DNA of 64,000 bases from an uncultured Thermoleophilia bacterium. Lineage in GTDB: Bacteria > Actinomycetota > Thermoleophilia > UBA2241. How positions within the stretch are numbered: position 1 is the stretch's first letter; every line of letters starts with the position of its first letter. The stretch lies in NCBI GenBank assembly GCA_963739595.1, contig CAVUBA010000013.1, positions 335-64,334 on the forward strand, written 5' to 3'. The notes beneath the pieces were generated by a model. The model was given only the letters and a program-made list of their open reading frames with translations. It ran no database searches and was not told where the DNA came from. Below, piece after piece: positions 21,552-32,019 of the stretch. The translations under genes and the position numbers were made by a program.

Positions 21552-22013
21552 ATGAGGGAGAAGAGAGAGGAACTGGAAGCCGTCATCGAAGCCGCGCTCA
21601 CCGAGCGGCACCCCGACGTCGAGCTCGTGGACTTCGAGGTCCGCGGTCAGCCGCCGATCCTGACGCTGTTCATCGACCGGCCGGGCGGGGTGGACCTCGA
21701 CCTGTTGGCCGCGGTGAGTCAGTCGCTCGAGGAGCTGCGTGAGCGCTACGCGCTCGAGGTGTCGTCGCCCGGTCTTGACCGGCGGCTGCGCAAGCCGAAG
21801 CACTTCGCCGCGCAGCTCGGCCGCGAGGTCGCAGTGACCATGACACGGCCCATCGAGGGCCGCCGCAACTTCCGCGGCATCCTCGCGGGGGCCGACGACC
21901 AGTCCATCACCCTCACCCTCGAGGGCGGGAGCAGCGCGACGCTGCCGCTCGACGCCCTCGGAAAGGCCCACGTGGTCTACAACTTTGAAACCGACGGAGG
22001 CCAACGTGAGTAG
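21552..22013 (+). CDS. rimP: ribosome maturation factor RimP
   Basis: ORF 21345..22013 from ATG 21552 (MREKREELEAVIEAALTERHPDVELVDFEV..LEVSSPGLDRRL), 153 aa. Upstream of nusA. Confidence 0.85.
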   Translation: MREKREELEAVIEAALTERHPDVELVDFEVRGQPPILTLFIDRPGGVDLDLLAAVSQSLEELRERYALEVSSPGLDRRLRKPKHFAAQLGREVAVTMTRPIEGRRNFRGILAGADDQSITLTLEGGSSATLPLDALGKAHVVYNFETDGGQRE

Positions 22014-23313
22014 AGAGATCATCGAGGCTCTGCGCCAGATCGAGAGCGAGAAGGGCATCGCCTTCGAAGCTCTTGTCGAGGCTCTCGAGGACGCGCTGCT
22101 GTCCGCCTACAAGAAGTCGCCCGACGCGGCGGAGTACGCCGCGGTGGAGATCGACACGGAGACCGGCGACATGCGGGTCTTCGAGCTCATCTTCCCGGAC
22201 CACATCGACACCGAGTCCCTCAAAGTACTCGACGAGGAGACCGGAGAAGAGGTGGGCCTCGACCTCAGCGGCGTCGACATGAGCGAGGTCGAGCGCATCG
22301 AGGTCACTCCGGACGACTTCGGCCGCATCGCCGCGATGACGGCCAAGCAGGTCATCCTGCAGCGCATCCGCGAGGCCGAGCGCGACCTCATGTACGACGA
22401 GTACATCGACCGTGTCGGCGAGCTGGTGACCGGCATCGTGCAGCAGAGCGACCCGCGCCACAACACGCTGGTCGAGCTCGGCCGCGTCGAGGCCGAGCTG
22501 CCGCGCGGCGAGCAGATCGAGACCGAGCACTACGAGCACGGCGCCCGCATCAAGGCCGTGATCATGCGCGTCGAGGAGTCGGCCAAGGGCCCGCAGGTCA
22601 AACTCTCGCGCCGCAGCGAGGAGCTCGTGCGCAAGCTGTTCGAGCTCGAGGTCCCCGAGATCGCCGACGGCCTGGTCGAGATCCGCCAGGTGGCGCGCGA
22701 GACCGGCTACCGCGGCCGCGACGGCAAGCCCGTCCCCGGCCGCTGCAAGATCGCCGTCATCTCCCATGCCGACGGCGTCGACCCGGTCGGCGCCTGCGTG
22801 GGCCCGCGCGGCTCGCGCGTGCGCATGGTGGTCAGCGAGCTGCGCGGCGAGCGCATCGATATCATCCCCTACAACGAAGACGCCGCCAGATTCGTCGCCA
22901 AGGCTCTCTCGCCCGCTCGCGTGCGTGAGGTCATCGTCGACGACGACGAGAAGACGGCCACGATCATCGTCCCCGACGACCAGCTGTCGCTGGCCATCGG
23001 CAAAGAAGGCCAGAACGCCCGGCTGGCGAGCAAGCTCACCGGCTGGCGCATCGACATCAAGAGCCAGCAGCAGATGGCCGAGGCCGAGAACAGCCTCGAG
23101 TTCAGCGACGAAGAAGGCGTGGACGGCCAGTGCATGGCGATCATGCGCACCGGCAAGCGCTGCCCCAACCAGGCCGAGCCTGGCTCTCGCTACTGCAGCA
23201 TCCACGCCGACTACGTGCCGGCCGAGCCGGCAGCTCCGGCGGCCTCGGAGGCCGTCGAGAAGCCGGCGGACGCCGGTGAGCCGGCCGAGGCCACGGAGGC
23301 GAACGAAGAGTGA
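22006..23313 (+). CDS. nusA: transcription termination/antitermination factor NusA with Cys-rich C-terminal tail
   Basis: ORF 21985..23313. GTG 22006 follows GGAGG. Motifs: SREIIEALRQIESEKGI.., S1 block GELVTGIVQQ, KH blocks VDPVGACVGPRGSRV and LAIGKEGQNARLASKLTGWRIDI. Confidence 0.9.
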   Translation: MSREIIEALRQIESEKGIAFEALVEALEDALLSAYKKSPDAAEYAAVEIDTETGDMRVFELIFPDHIDTESLKVLDEETGEEVGLDLSGVDMSEVERIEVTPDDFGRIAAMTAKQVILQRIREAERDLMYDEYIDRVGELVTGIVQQSDPRHNTLVELGRVEAELPRGEQIETEHYEHGARIKAVIMRVEESAKGPQVKLSRRSEELVRKLFELEVPEIADGLVEIRQVARETGYRGRDGKPVPGRCKIAVISHADGVDPVGACVGPRGSRVRMVVSELRGERIDIIPYNEDAARFVAKALSPARVREVIVDDDEKTATIIVPDDQLSLAIGKEGQNARLASKLTGWRIDIKSQQQMAEAENSLEFSDEEGVDGQCMAIMRTGKRCPNQAEPGSRYCSIHADYVPAEPAAPAASEAVEKPADAGEPAEATEANEE

Positions 23314-23685
23314 TCGCCGTGGCGACGCCGGAGAGGACGTGCGTCGGCTGTCGCCGCAAGCGCGGCCAGGACGAGCTCGTGCGGCTCGTGGCTTCGCACG
23401 GGCGAGGTCGTCAAGGCCTGGCCCGGCGCTCCCGGCAGGAGCGCCTATTTGTGTCCACAAGAGAATTGTCTCGAGGCCGCGGAGAAGAAGCGCGCGTTCG
23501 CGCGCGCCTTCCGCGGCCCGGTGACTCTCGATCCCGCGGTGCGTGCGGTCTTCGCGGGACCGGGGAAGATGCGGTTCAATCACGACAGCCCGCATGACTA
23601 TGAGCCTGCGGCGACCAAAGTGCGGCGCAGCTGCGCCGCCCCGCACCATAGCGTGCCTGCGGCGACTATCGACGAAAGGCGGTGA
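23310..23685 (+). CDS. ylxR: YlxR/RnpM (DUF448) family RNA-binding protein; 1 frame change
   Basis: ORF 23310.. (PERTCVGCRRKRGQDELVRLV) joins ORF 23449..23685 (YLCPQENCLEAAEKKRAFARAFRG). Frame change near 23405. Confidence 0.75.
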
Positions 23686-23690
23686 GGTGA

Positions 23691-25772
23691 ATGGCGAAAC
23701 GTAAAGTGTCGGACATCGCGACTCAGAGAAAGACCAGCGTCGACGATGTGCTCGCCCACCTCAAGAAGGCGGGCATCGAGGTCGTCGACGGAGAGGTCAA
23801 CGTCGACGACGAAGCGATCGAGAAGGCCTACACGGCGGCCGCGGGCGGCGCCGTTCGCCGGCGTTCCGGCGGCGGAGCGCCGGCCGGCAAGAAGCGCCGC
23901 GTCATCATCGACGCCGGCGCGTCCAGGCGTGGCGGCGGCCCGGGCGACCGGCGCCGTGGCCGTGGCCGCGGCCGCGGCCGTGACCGCGAGGAGCAGCAGA
24001 CCGCGCCGGTCGTCCCGACCGGCCTGGTCAAGGTCCCGTCCGGCTCGAGCGTCAAGGACATCTCCCAGCTGCTGGGCATCACCACGTCCGACATGATCAA
24101 GGCCCTCATGGGCTACGGCGAGATGGTCACCATCACGCAGACCCTGAGTGACGAAGCCATCGAGGTCCTGGCCACCGACTTCAACCGCGAGGTGGAGATC
24201 ACCCACGCGGCCGACGAAGAGGCCGAACTCGAGAAGGAGGCCGTGGACGATCCCAAGGACCTCCAGCCGAGGGCCCCGGTCATCACGGTCATGGGCCACG
24301 TCGACCACGGCAAGACCAGCCTCCTCGACGCCATCCGCGACACCGCGGTGGCGGCCGGCGAGGCCGGCGGCATCACGCAGCACATCGGCGCCTATCAGGT
24401 GAAGCACAACGGCCACCCGATCACGTTCATCGACACGCCCGGCCACGCCGCGTTCACCGCCATGCGGGCGCGCGGCGCCAAGGTCACCGACATCGCCGCC
24501 ATCGTCGTGGCCGCCGACGACGGCGTCATGCCGCAGAGCGTCGAGGCCATCGACCACGCCAAGGCGGCGCAGGTCCCCGTCGTGATCGTCATCAACAAGA
24601 TCGACAAGCCCGACGCCAACATCGAGCGCATCAAGCAGCAGCTCGCCGAGCACGGCATCGTGCCGGAGGAGTGGGGCGGGGACAACATCTTCGTCGAGGC
24701 CAGCGCGAAGCAGCGCATCGGGCTCGACAACTTCCTCGACACGCTCCTGCTCGTGGCAGAGGTCAGCGACCTCAAGGCGAACCCCGATGCGCCCGCCAGC
24801 GGGTTCATCATCGAGTCCAAGGTGGACCCGGGCCGCGGCGTCGTGGCGACCATGCTCGTCAGCCGCGGCACCATCCGCGTCGGCGACGCCGTCGTCGCCG
24901 GCGAGGCGAGCGGCAAGGTGCGCGCCATGCGCGACTTCCGCGGCGGGCCGCTCAAGGAGGGTGGTCCTTCGACGCCGGTGGAGATCATCGGCTTCGACGA
25001 ACTGCCGGTGGCCGGCGAGTTCTGCCGCGTCGTGAAGGACGAGCGCGCCGCACGTACGCTCGGCCAGAAGCGCTCCAACCGGATCAAGACGGAGGCGCTC
25101 GCCAAACAGCACGCGCTCACGCTCGACGACGTCTTCGCGCGCATCGCCGCGGGCAAGGTCCTCGACCTCAACCTCGTGGTCAAGGCCGACGTCCAGGGCA
25201 GCCTCGAGGCGCTCAGCGACGCGCTGCTCAAGATCCAGCACCCCGAGGTCAAGGTGCGGATCATCCACTCGGGCGTCGGCGGCGTGAACGAGTCCGACAT
25301 CATGCTCGCCGCGGCTTCGACGGCGATCATCATCGGCTTCAACGTGCGCCCGAGCCCGCAGGCGACGGCGCTTGCCGAGACCGAAGGCGTCGACATCCGC
25401 ACGTACCGCGTGATCTACAAGGTCACCGAGGACATCACCGCCGCCCTGGTCGGCATGCTCAAGCCGACCATCGAGGAGGTCGTGCTCGGCCAGGCCGAGG
25501 TGCGCACCACGTTCAAGGCGTCCAAGCTCGGCACCATCGCGGGCTGCATGGTCACGCACGGGAAGATCGTGCGCAACGCCAACGTGCGCGTCCTGCGCAA
25601 CGACGTGGTGGCCTACGACGGCAAGATGGGCTCGCTCAAGCGCTTCGCCGAAGACGCGCGCGAGGTCCTGGAAGGCTTCGAATGCGGCATCCTGGTCGAC
25701 GGCTTCAACGACCTCAAAGAAGGGGACGTGCTGGAGGCGTACGAGACCAGAGAAGTCGCCCGTGAAGCATGA
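23691..25772 (+). CDS. infB: translation initiation factor IF-2
   Basis: Intact 693-aa ORF. G domain [32 protein letters not shown]-rich N-terminal linker. Confidence 0.95.
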   Translation: MAKRKVSDIATQRKTSVDDVLAHLKKAGIEVVDGEVNVDDEAIEKAYTAAAGGAVRRRSGGGAPAGKKRRVIIDAGASRRGGGPGDRRRGRGRGRGRDREEQQTAPVVPTGLVKVPSGSSVKDISQLLGITTSDMIKALMGYGEMVTITQTLSDEAIEVLATDFNREVEITHAADEEAELEKEAVDDPKDLQPRAPVITVMGHVDHGKTSLLDAIRDTAVAAGEAGGITQHIGAYQVKHNGHPITFIDTPGHAAFTAMRARGAKVTDIAAIVVAADDGVMPQSVEAIDHAKAAQVPVVIVINKIDKPDANIERIKQQLAEHGIVPEEWGGDNIFVEASAKQRIGLDNFLDTLLLVAEVSDLKANPDAPASGFIIESKVDPGRGVVATMLVSRGTIRVGDAVVAGEASGKVRAMRDFRGGPLKEGGPSTPVEIIGFDELPVAGEFCRVVKDERAARTLGQKRSNRIKTEALAKQHALTLDDVFARIAAGKVLDLNLVVKADVQGSLEALSDALLKIQHPEVKVRIIHSGVGGVNESDIMLAAASTAIIIGFNVRPSPQATALAETEGVDIRTYRVIYKVTEDITAALVGMLKPTIEEVVLGQAEVRTTFKASKLGTIAGCMVTHGKIVRNANVRVLRNDVVAYDGKMGSLKRFAEDAREVLEGFECGILVDGFNDLKEGDVLEAYETREVAREA

Positions 25773-26085
25773 CGCCTGCCTCGGCGTCTATCTAGCAGAG
25801 CTGCACTTCCCCGAGGCGCGGACGCTGAAGGAGAAGCGCGCGCCGCTGGCTTCGCTGCGTGATGTGCTGCAGTCCCGGTTTCGCGCCTCGTTCAGCGAGG
25901 TAGGACTGCAGGATGCGTGGCAGCGGGCGAGGGTGCTCGTGGTGATCGCCGCTTCTTCGCTCCAGCAGACTCGCGAGCGCCTCGACGATATCGATCGCTA
26001 TCTTCACGCGCAGGCCTTCGAGGTCGCGCGCGTGCTGCTCAAGACAGCCGACCCAGTGGATACGGTATGGGACATCGACTCCTGA
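25762..26085 (+). CDS. DUF503 (YlxP-like) protein
   Basis: Intact ORF, 107 aa (GVYLAELHFPEARTLKEKRAPLASLRD..). Canonical position between infB and rbfA. Confidence 0.7.
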   Translation: MKHDACLGVYLAELHFPEARTLKEKRAPLASLRDVLQSRFRASFSEVGLQDAWQRARVLVVIAASSLQQTRERLDDIDRYLHAQAFEVARVLLKTADPVDTVWDIDS

Positions 26086-26523
26086 AGATCAACGAAAGCA
26101 TCAAGGAAACGCTCTCCTCGGTCATCACCGTGGAGGGGCTCAAGGACCCCCGCATCGGGTTCGTGACCGTGACCGGCGTCGAGACGTCGTCGGACCTGCG
26201 GCACGCCAAGGTCTTCGTGAGCGTGCTCGGAAGCGCCACGGAGCGCGACTCGACCATGACGGCGCTGGAGAAGTCGCGCGGCTTTCTCCAGGGCAAGATC
26301 AATGCCTCGCTCCACATGAAGCGCACGCCGCAGCTGCACTTCTTCTACGACGACACGCTCGACAACGCCCTGCGCATCGAGCGCGCGCTCAAGCGTGAGG
26401 CGGAGTTGCTGGGCGAGGAAGCGCACGAGATCCTCGTACCCGGGGTGGACGACCCGGATGCACCCGCGCCGGCTGACGGAAGATGCGGGAGCCGGCGAGA
26501 CCTCCGGCGAGGACGAGGCGTGA
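26067..26523 (+). CDS. rbfA: ribosome-binding factor A; tail probably frame-shifted
   Basis: ATG 26067 within ORF 25917..27491 (MGHRLLKINESIKETLSSVI..DPRIGFVTVTGVETSSDLRHAKVFVSV..). An alternative frame gives an acidic tail ..EDAGAGETSGEDEA* ending at TGA 26521-26523. Confidence 0.8.
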
Positions 26524-27491
26524 AGGCGCTCGCCGCCGACCTCGACGAGCTGTGCCGGCGCATGCGCGGCGAGGCCCGCGTGGCGCTCGCCGTCCACGAG
26601 AAGCCTGACTCCGACGCGCTCGGCGCGGCGGCGGGCATGCTCGACCTGTTCGCGCAGCTCGGCGTCGACGCCGAGCTCTACGTCTCCGAGGACGAACTGC
26701 TGCCGCTCGGCGACGTCCTGCTCCCGGCCGCACGCGTCCGGCGCGGCGCGCCGCCGGCCGACGCCGCGCTCTACGCGCTCGACTCCGGGAGCCCGGACCG
26801 CCTGGCGCTGCCCACCTGGGGCGACGTCGCCGTGAACATCGACCACCACCACGACAATCCGCGCTACGGCGAGCTCGCCTACGTACGCGGCGACGCCAGC
26901 AGCACGAGCGAGCTCGTGTGCGATGTCGCCCGCGCGCTCGGGCTGCGGCCCTCTCGGGAGGCCGCCGCCGCCCTGTACGCGGGCATCTCGTTCGACACCG
27001 GCCACTTCCACCACGACAGCACGTCGCCGTCCACGTTCCGGACCGCGGCCTGGCTCGTCGAACTGGGCGTGGACGTCACCGGCATGTACGCGCTGCTCTA
27101 CGAGAGCCGCTCGGAAGCGTCGCTGCGCCTCTGGGCGCGTGCCGTCGCCGGCGCCACGTCCGTGGCCGGCGGCCGCGCGCTGCTCGCCGCCGTCACCCGC
27201 GAGGACTTCTCCGAGACCGGCGCCGGACCCGAGGAGACCGACGGCATCGTCGACAGCCTGCGCGGCGTCGACGGGGTCGAGGTCGCCGCCCTCGTCAAGG
27301 AACAGACGGGCGGCGCGCCCGTGCGCGTCAGCCTGCGCTCGGAGACCATCGACGTCAGCGCCATCGCCGCCCTGCGGGGCGGGGGCGGCCACAAGCTGGC
27401 CTCCGGGTTCTCCAGCGACGACAGCACCGAGGAGGTGATCGCGTGGCTCAGTTCCGAACTCGAAAGACGCCTCTCGACGGCGTCCTCCTGA
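26520..27491 (+). CDS. nrnA: DHH/DHHA1 phosphoesterase, NrnA/CnpB-like (nanoRNase / pAp phosphatase)
   Basis: GTG 26520 (GTGA overlap with the inferred rbfA stop). VALAVHEKPDSDALGAAAG, NIDHHHDN, DTGHFHH, GGGHKLASGF. Same position as mycobacterial cnpB downstream of rbfA. Confidence 0.8.
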   Translation: MKALAADLDELCRRMRGEARVALAVHEKPDSDALGAAAGMLDLFAQLGVDAELYVSEDELLPLGDVLLPAARVRRGAPPADAALYALDSGSPDRLALPTWGDVAVNIDHHHDNPRYGELAYVRGDASSTSELVCDVARALGLRPSREAAAALYAGISFDTGHFHHDSTSPSTFRTAAWLVELGVDVTGMYALLYESRSEASLRLWARAVAGATSVAGGRALLAAVTREDFSETGAGPEETDGIVDSLRGVDGVEVAALVKEQTGGAPVRVSLRSETIDVSAIAALRGGGGHKLASGFSSDDSTEEVIAWLSSELERRLSTASS

Positions 27492-28354
27492 TCGACAAGC
27501 CGGAGGGCTTCACGTCCCACGACGTCGTCGCCCGCGTGCGGCGGAACCTGCGCCCGAACGTCAAGAAGGTGGGCCATGCGGGGACGCTCGACCCGTTCGC
27601 GACCGGCCTGCTGGTCGTGCTCGCCGGTCGCGCGACCAAGCTCGCGCGGTTCTTCGTCGACCTGCCCAAGGAGTACGAGTGCACGGTCAGGTTCGGCGTC
27701 CGTTCGGACACCGGCGACCTGACCGGAGACCTCACGGAGACGGGCGTGGCCACGACCCGCGCCGCCGTCGACGCCGCCATCCCGGAGTTCCTCGGGCACA
27801 TCATGCAGAGCGTGCCCATGACCTCGGCGGTCAAGGTCGACGGCGAGAGGCTCTACAAGAAGGCCCACCGCGGCGAGGTCGTGGAGACGCCGGTCAAGGA
27901 AGTGGAGATCGAGGCCATCGACGTGCTCGACTTCGATGAGGCGGCGCAGACCATGCGCTGCCACATCGCCTGCTCCAAGGGCACCTACGTGCGGCAACTG
28001 GCCATCGACCTCGGCGAGGCCGTCGGCGCCGGCGCCCACCTCGAGCAGCTCTCGCGCACCGCGGTGGGCGACCTGCTGCTGGACGAGGCGCAGACGCTGG
28101 CGGAGTTCGAAGAGTCGATCGAGGAGCGGGAGGCCGGCGACGAGCACATCCCCGGCCTCATCCCGCCGGCTGTGGCGCTGCAGTTCATGCCCGGCATCGA
28201 GCTTTCGGCCGCCCAGGTGACCGCCGTGCGCAACGGCGCCCGGCTGCCCGGCGGCCCGCAGGAGCCGGTGCGCCTCACCTTCCGCGGCGAGCTCATCGCC
28301 ATCTACGGGCCGGCCGAGGAGGGCAACGCCCTGAAGCTGCTCGTCAAGGTGTGA
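27443..28354 (+). CDS. truB: tRNA pseudouridine(55) synthase
   Basis: Tail of ORF 26918..28354 from GTG 27443, after GAGGAGG. LDGVLLIDKPEGFTSHDVV..VGHAGTLDPFATGLLVV. Confidence 0.88.
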   Translation: MAQFRTRKTPLDGVLLIDKPEGFTSHDVVARVRRNLRPNVKKVGHAGTLDPFATGLLVVLAGRATKLARFFVDLPKEYECTVRFGVRSDTGDLTGDLTETGVATTRAAVDAAIPEFLGHIMQSVPMTSAVKVDGERLYKKAHRGEVVETPVKEVEIEAIDVLDFDEAAQTMRCHIACSKGTYVRQLAIDLGEAVGAGAHLEQLSRTAVGDLLLDEAQTLAEFEESIEEREAGDEHIPGLIPPAVALQFMPGIELSAAQVTAVRNGARLPGGPQEPVRLTFRGELIAIYGPAEEGNALKLLVKV

Positions 28355-29322
28355 TGCAGGTCGTCTCCGATATCGCGTCGCTGCCGTCGCGCCCTCGCGC
28401 GCTCGCGCTGGGGACGTTCGACGGCGTGCACGCCGGGCACCGCGCGGTCATCGGCCGCGCCGTCGAGCTCGCGGCCGAGCGCGGCCTGACGAGCGCCGTG
28501 GTCACGTTCGACCGGCACCCGCTCTCGGTGGTCGATCCCACGCGGGCGCCGCGCCTCCTCACCTCCAACGAGGAGAAGGTGCGGCTGATCGCCGACCTCG
28601 GCCCGGACGAGCTCATCATGCTGCCGTTCGACGAGAAGATGGCGGCGCTCACGCCGGCCGAGTTCTGCGCCGGACTGCTGGCCGACGGACTCGAGGCCAA
28701 GGCAGTCGTCGTCGGCGAGAACTTCAACTTCGGCGCCCGCGGGGCCGGCGACGCGGCGCGACTGCGCGCCTGCGGCGCGGCCAACGGCTACGACGTCGAG
28801 GTCTGCCCGCTGGTCACCGAACACGGCGAGCCGATCAGCTCCACCCGCATCCGGCGGCTGCTGCACGACGGCGAGCTCGAGGAGGTGCGGGAGATCCTCG
28901 GCCGGCCGCCGTCGGCCGCCGGCCTCGTCGCTCACGGAGACAAGCGCGGCCGCACGCTGGGCGTGCCGACCGCCAACGTCGACGTCGAGGCGGGCACGAT
29001 CTTCCCGGGCCGGGGCGTGTACGCCGCCCGCGCCCACGTGGCGGGGTCCTGGTACCGCGCGGCGGTCAACATCGGCCACAACCCGACCTTCCAGAGCCGC
29101 GACGAGCCGACGACTCACGTGACCGTCGAGGCGTTTCTCCTGGACTTCTCGGGGGACATCTACGAGCGTGAGATCCGGCTCGACTTCCTCCACAAGATCC
29201 GCGACGAGCGGCGCTTCGACAGCGTCGACGCGCTCGTCGTCCAGATGCGCCTCGACATCGAGGCGGCCGCCTCGCTCACGGACCCGGCGCTCGACGCCGT
29301 GGGTCTGGGCGGCGGCGCCTGA
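28354..29322 (+). CDS. ribF: bifunctional riboflavin kinase / FMN adenylyltransferase
   Basis: Intact ORF 28351..29322 (start GTG 28351 or ATG 28354). [16 protein letters not shown].., [28 protein letters not shown]. Confidence 0.9.
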   Translation: MQVVSDIASLPSRPRALALGTFDGVHAGHRAVIGRAVELAAERGLTSAVVTFDRHPLSVVDPTRAPRLLTSNEEKVRLIADLGPDELIMLPFDEKMAALTPAEFCAGLLADGLEAKAVVVGENFNFGARGAGDAARLRACGAANGYDVEVCPLVTEHGEPISSTRIRRLLHDGELEEVREILGRPPSAAGLVAHGDKRGRTLGVPTANVDVEAGTIFPGRGVYAARAHVAGSWYRAAVNIGHNPTFQSRDEPTTHVTVEAFLLDFSGDIYEREIRLDFLHKIRDERRFDSVDALVVQMRLDIEAAASLTDPALDAVGLGGGA

Positions 29323-29395
29323 CCGCGCTCCGGCGCGCCGGGCACGGTTTCTCGCCGGACGCCCGCTGTGCTACCCTAGCGCGACCGCTTTCTCG

Positions 29396-29418
29396 GTCAC
29401 GGGCCGCCATCCCGTGAC
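29396..29418 (+). promoter_or_regulatory. rpsO leader hairpin (possible S15 autoregulatory element)
   Basis: GUCACGGG (29396-29403), loop CCGCCAU, CCCGUGAC (29411-29418). The stem ends 22 nt upstream of the SD AGGGAGG. A candidate extended -10 TGCTACCCT lies at 29369-29377. Confidence 0.35.
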
Positions 29419-29455
29419 TGGGTTCCCGGATACTCCCCCGAGGGAGGTGAACCAC

Positions 29456-29725
29456 ATGGCAACCACCAAGGACGTCAAAGAGACCATCATCGCCAAGCAC
29501 GCCAAGCACGAAGGCGACACTGGCTCCCCCGAGGTGCAGATCGCGCTCCTCACCGAGCGCATCACGACTCTCACCGAGCACCTCAAGACCCACAAGAAGG
29601 ACCATCACAGCAGGCGCGGCCTGCTCAAGATGGTCGGTCAGCGTCGTCGCCTGCTCAACTACCTGCAGGCGCGTGACCTGGAGCGCTACCGCGCGCTCGT
29701 CAAGGAGCTCGAGCTCCGCAAGTAA
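29456..29725 (+). CDS. rpsO: 30S ribosomal protein S15
   Basis: ATG 29456 after [55 protein letters not shown].., 89 aa. Confidence 0.95.
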   Translation: MATTKDVKETIIAKHAKHEGDTGSPEVQIALLTERITTLTEHLKTHKKDHHSRRGLLKMVGQRRRLLNYLQARDLERYRALVKELELRK

Positions 29726-29838
29726 CCACCACTTCGGCGCCAGACGCGTCGATGACAATCGTCCCCGTGCCAACCCCACGCCGACGACAGAGTACCCGAG
29801 CGCAATGGGGCGCCGGGTCGAGACAGACGAAGGAACAG

Positions 29839-31935
29839 ATGAACACGATTCAAGTAGAAGTCGGGGGTCATACCATCACCCTCGAGACCGGTCGCCTCGC
29901 CAAGCAGGCCAATGGGTCCGTGCTGGTGACGTGTGGCGACACGGTGGTCCTCGTCGCCGCGACGGCGCGCGAGACCGCGAAGGAGGGGCAGGACTTCTTC
30001 CCCCTCACGGTCGACGTGGAAGAGCGCCACTACGCTGCCGGCAAGATCCCCGGCGGCTTCATCAAGCGTGAGAGCCGTCCCAGCGAGAAGGCCATCCTCG
30101 CGGCGCGACAGATCGACCGGCCGATCCGGCCGCTCTTCAAGAAGGGCTTCATGAACGAGGTCCACGTGGTCGCGACGACACTCTCCGTGGACTTCGAGAT
30201 CCCCTACGACATCCTCGCCACGCTCGGCGCCTCCGCGGCGCTGACGCTCAGCGAGATCCCGTTCCTCGGCCCGATCGGCTCGGTGCACGTCGGCCGTATC
30301 GACGGCCAGCTGGTCATCAACCCGACGCTCGAGGAGCTCCAGGACGAGTCCGACCTCGATCTCGTGGTCACCGGCACCGCCGACGCCATCGCCATGGTCG
30401 AGGCCGGCGCCCAGGAAGTCTCCGAGGCCACCATCGTCGAGGCCCTGCGCCTTGCGCACGACGAGATCAAGAAGCTCGTCGACGTGCAGCTCGAGCTGCA
30501 GAAGCTCGCCGGCAAGCCGAAGTGGGACGTGCCCGAGTACACCGTCGACGAGGCGATCCTCGAGCAGGTCCGCTCCGGCTTCGGCGCGGCGTTCGACGCC
30601 GCCACCCAGGTGCACGACAAGAAGGCCCGCCAGGACGCGACGTCTGAGGTCAAGGAGTCCGCGTACGCTCAGCTTCTGGGCGAGGATCCCGACCCCGAGC
30701 GCGTCGTCCAGGTGCGCCGCGCCGTCGCCAAGTTCGAGAAGGACATGATCCGCGAGCGGATCGCCGTCAAGAAGATGCGCCCCGACGGCCGCGCCGTCGA
30801 CGAGGTCCGGCCGATCACGTGCGAAGTGGGGCTCATCCCGCGCACGCACGGCAGCGGCCTCTTCACGCGCGGCGAGACGCAGGCCCTGAGCATCGTCACG
30901 CTGGGCGGCACCGGTGAGTTCCAGCGCATCGACGGCCTCGGCATCGAGGACAAGAAGCGCTACATCCACCACTACAACTTCCCGCCGTACTCGGTGGGGG
31001 AGACCGGCTTCATGCGCGGCCCCAAGCGCCGTGACATCGGCCACGGCGCTCTCGCCGAGCGCGCCCTGGTGCCGGTCCTGCCGGACGAGGTCGAGTTCCC
31101 CTACACGATCCGCGTCGTCTCGGAGATCCTCGAGAGCAACGGCTCCTCCTCGATGGCGAGCGTCTGCGGCAGCACCCTGTCGCTCATGGACGCCGGCGTG
31201 CAGATCAAGCGTCCGGTCGCCGGCACCGCGATGGGCCTCATCAAGGAGGGCGATGACTACGTCGTCCTCACCGACATCGCCGGCGTCGAGGACCACCTCG
31301 GCGACATGGACTTCAAGGTCGCCGGCACCGCCGAGGGCATCACCGCCCTGCAGATGGACATCAAGATCACCGGCGTCACGTTCGAGATCCTCACGGAGGC
31401 GCTCGAGCAGGCCCGCAAGGCCCGGCTCCACATCCTCGGCAAGATGCTCGAGGCGATCGCGGAGCCGCGCAGCGAGCTCAGCGAGTGGGCGCCGCGCATC
31501 TTCTCGATCCAGATCAACCCGGATCAGATCGGGCTGGTCATCGGCAAGGGCGGCGAGACCATCCGCGGCATGACCGAGGAGTTCAGCGCCGACATCGACA
31601 TCCAGGACGACGGGACGATCTTCATCTGCGCCCCCGACGAGGAGGCTGCGGAAGGCGTCAAGAACCGCATCCAGTCGATGACCAAGGAGGTCGAGGTCGG
31701 CGACGTCTTCACCGGACGCGTCGTCAAGACCACCGACTTCGGCGCCTTCGTCGAGCTCAAGAAGGGCACCGACGGGCTCCTGCACATCTCGCGTCTGGCC
31801 CCCAAGGGCGAGCGCGTGAAGAACGTCGAGGACGTCGTCAAGCGCGGCGACACCGTGACCGTCGAGGTCGTCGAGATCGACAAGGCGCGCAACCGCATCG
31901 GGCTGACGCTCCTCACGACGCCCGAGGGCGACTAA
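29839..31935 (+). CDS. pnp: polyribonucleotide nucleotidyltransferase (PNPase)
   Basis: ORF 29752..31935 from ATG 29839 (MNTIQVEVGGHTITLETGRLAKQANGSV). Intact, 698 aa. KH and S1 tail (GRVVKTTDFGAFVEL). Confidence 0.95.
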   Translation: MNTIQVEVGGHTITLETGRLAKQANGSVLVTCGDTVVLVAATARETAKEGQDFFPLTVDVEERHYAAGKIPGGFIKRESRPSEKAILAARQIDRPIRPLFKKGFMNEVHVVATTLSVDFEIPYDILATLGASAALTLSEIPFLGPIGSVHVGRIDGQLVINPTLEELQDESDLDLVVTGTADAIAMVEAGAQEVSEATIVEALRLAHDEIKKLVDVQLELQKLAGKPKWDVPEYTVDEAILEQVRSGFGAAFDAATQVHDKKARQDATSEVKESAYAQLLGEDPDPERVVQVRRAVAKFEKDMIRERIAVKKMRPDGRAVDEVRPITCEVGLIPRTHGSGLFTRGETQALSIVTLGGTGEFQRIDGLGIEDKKRYIHHYNFPPYSVGETGFMRGPKRRDIGHGALAERALVPVLPDEVEFPYTIRVVSEILESNGSSSMASVCGSTLSLMDAGVQIKRPVAGTAMGLIKEGDDYVVLTDIAGVEDHLGDMDFKVAGTAEGITALQMDIKITGVTFEILTEALEQARKARLHILGKMLEAIAEPRSELSEWAPRIFSIQINPDQIGLVIGKGGETIRGMTEEFSADIDIQDDGTIFICAPDEEAAEGVKNRIQSMTKEVEVGDVFTGRVVKTTDFGAFVELKKGTDGLLHISRLAPKGERVKNVEDVVKRGDTVTVEVVEIDKARNRIGLTLLTTPEGD

Positions 31936-32019
31936 GAGAAGAAGCGGAGCAGGGAGCAGGCCACGGAGGCCTACCGCCTGTCAACGCTGGAGAACGGGCT
32001 GCGAGTCGCCACCGAGCGC

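Noticed and set aside
23951-23990. Short tandem repeat cgtggccgtggccgcggccgcggccgt
   Set aside because: It encodes the RGRGRGRGR low-complexity linker of IF-2. It is not a CRISPR array or an intergenic repeat.
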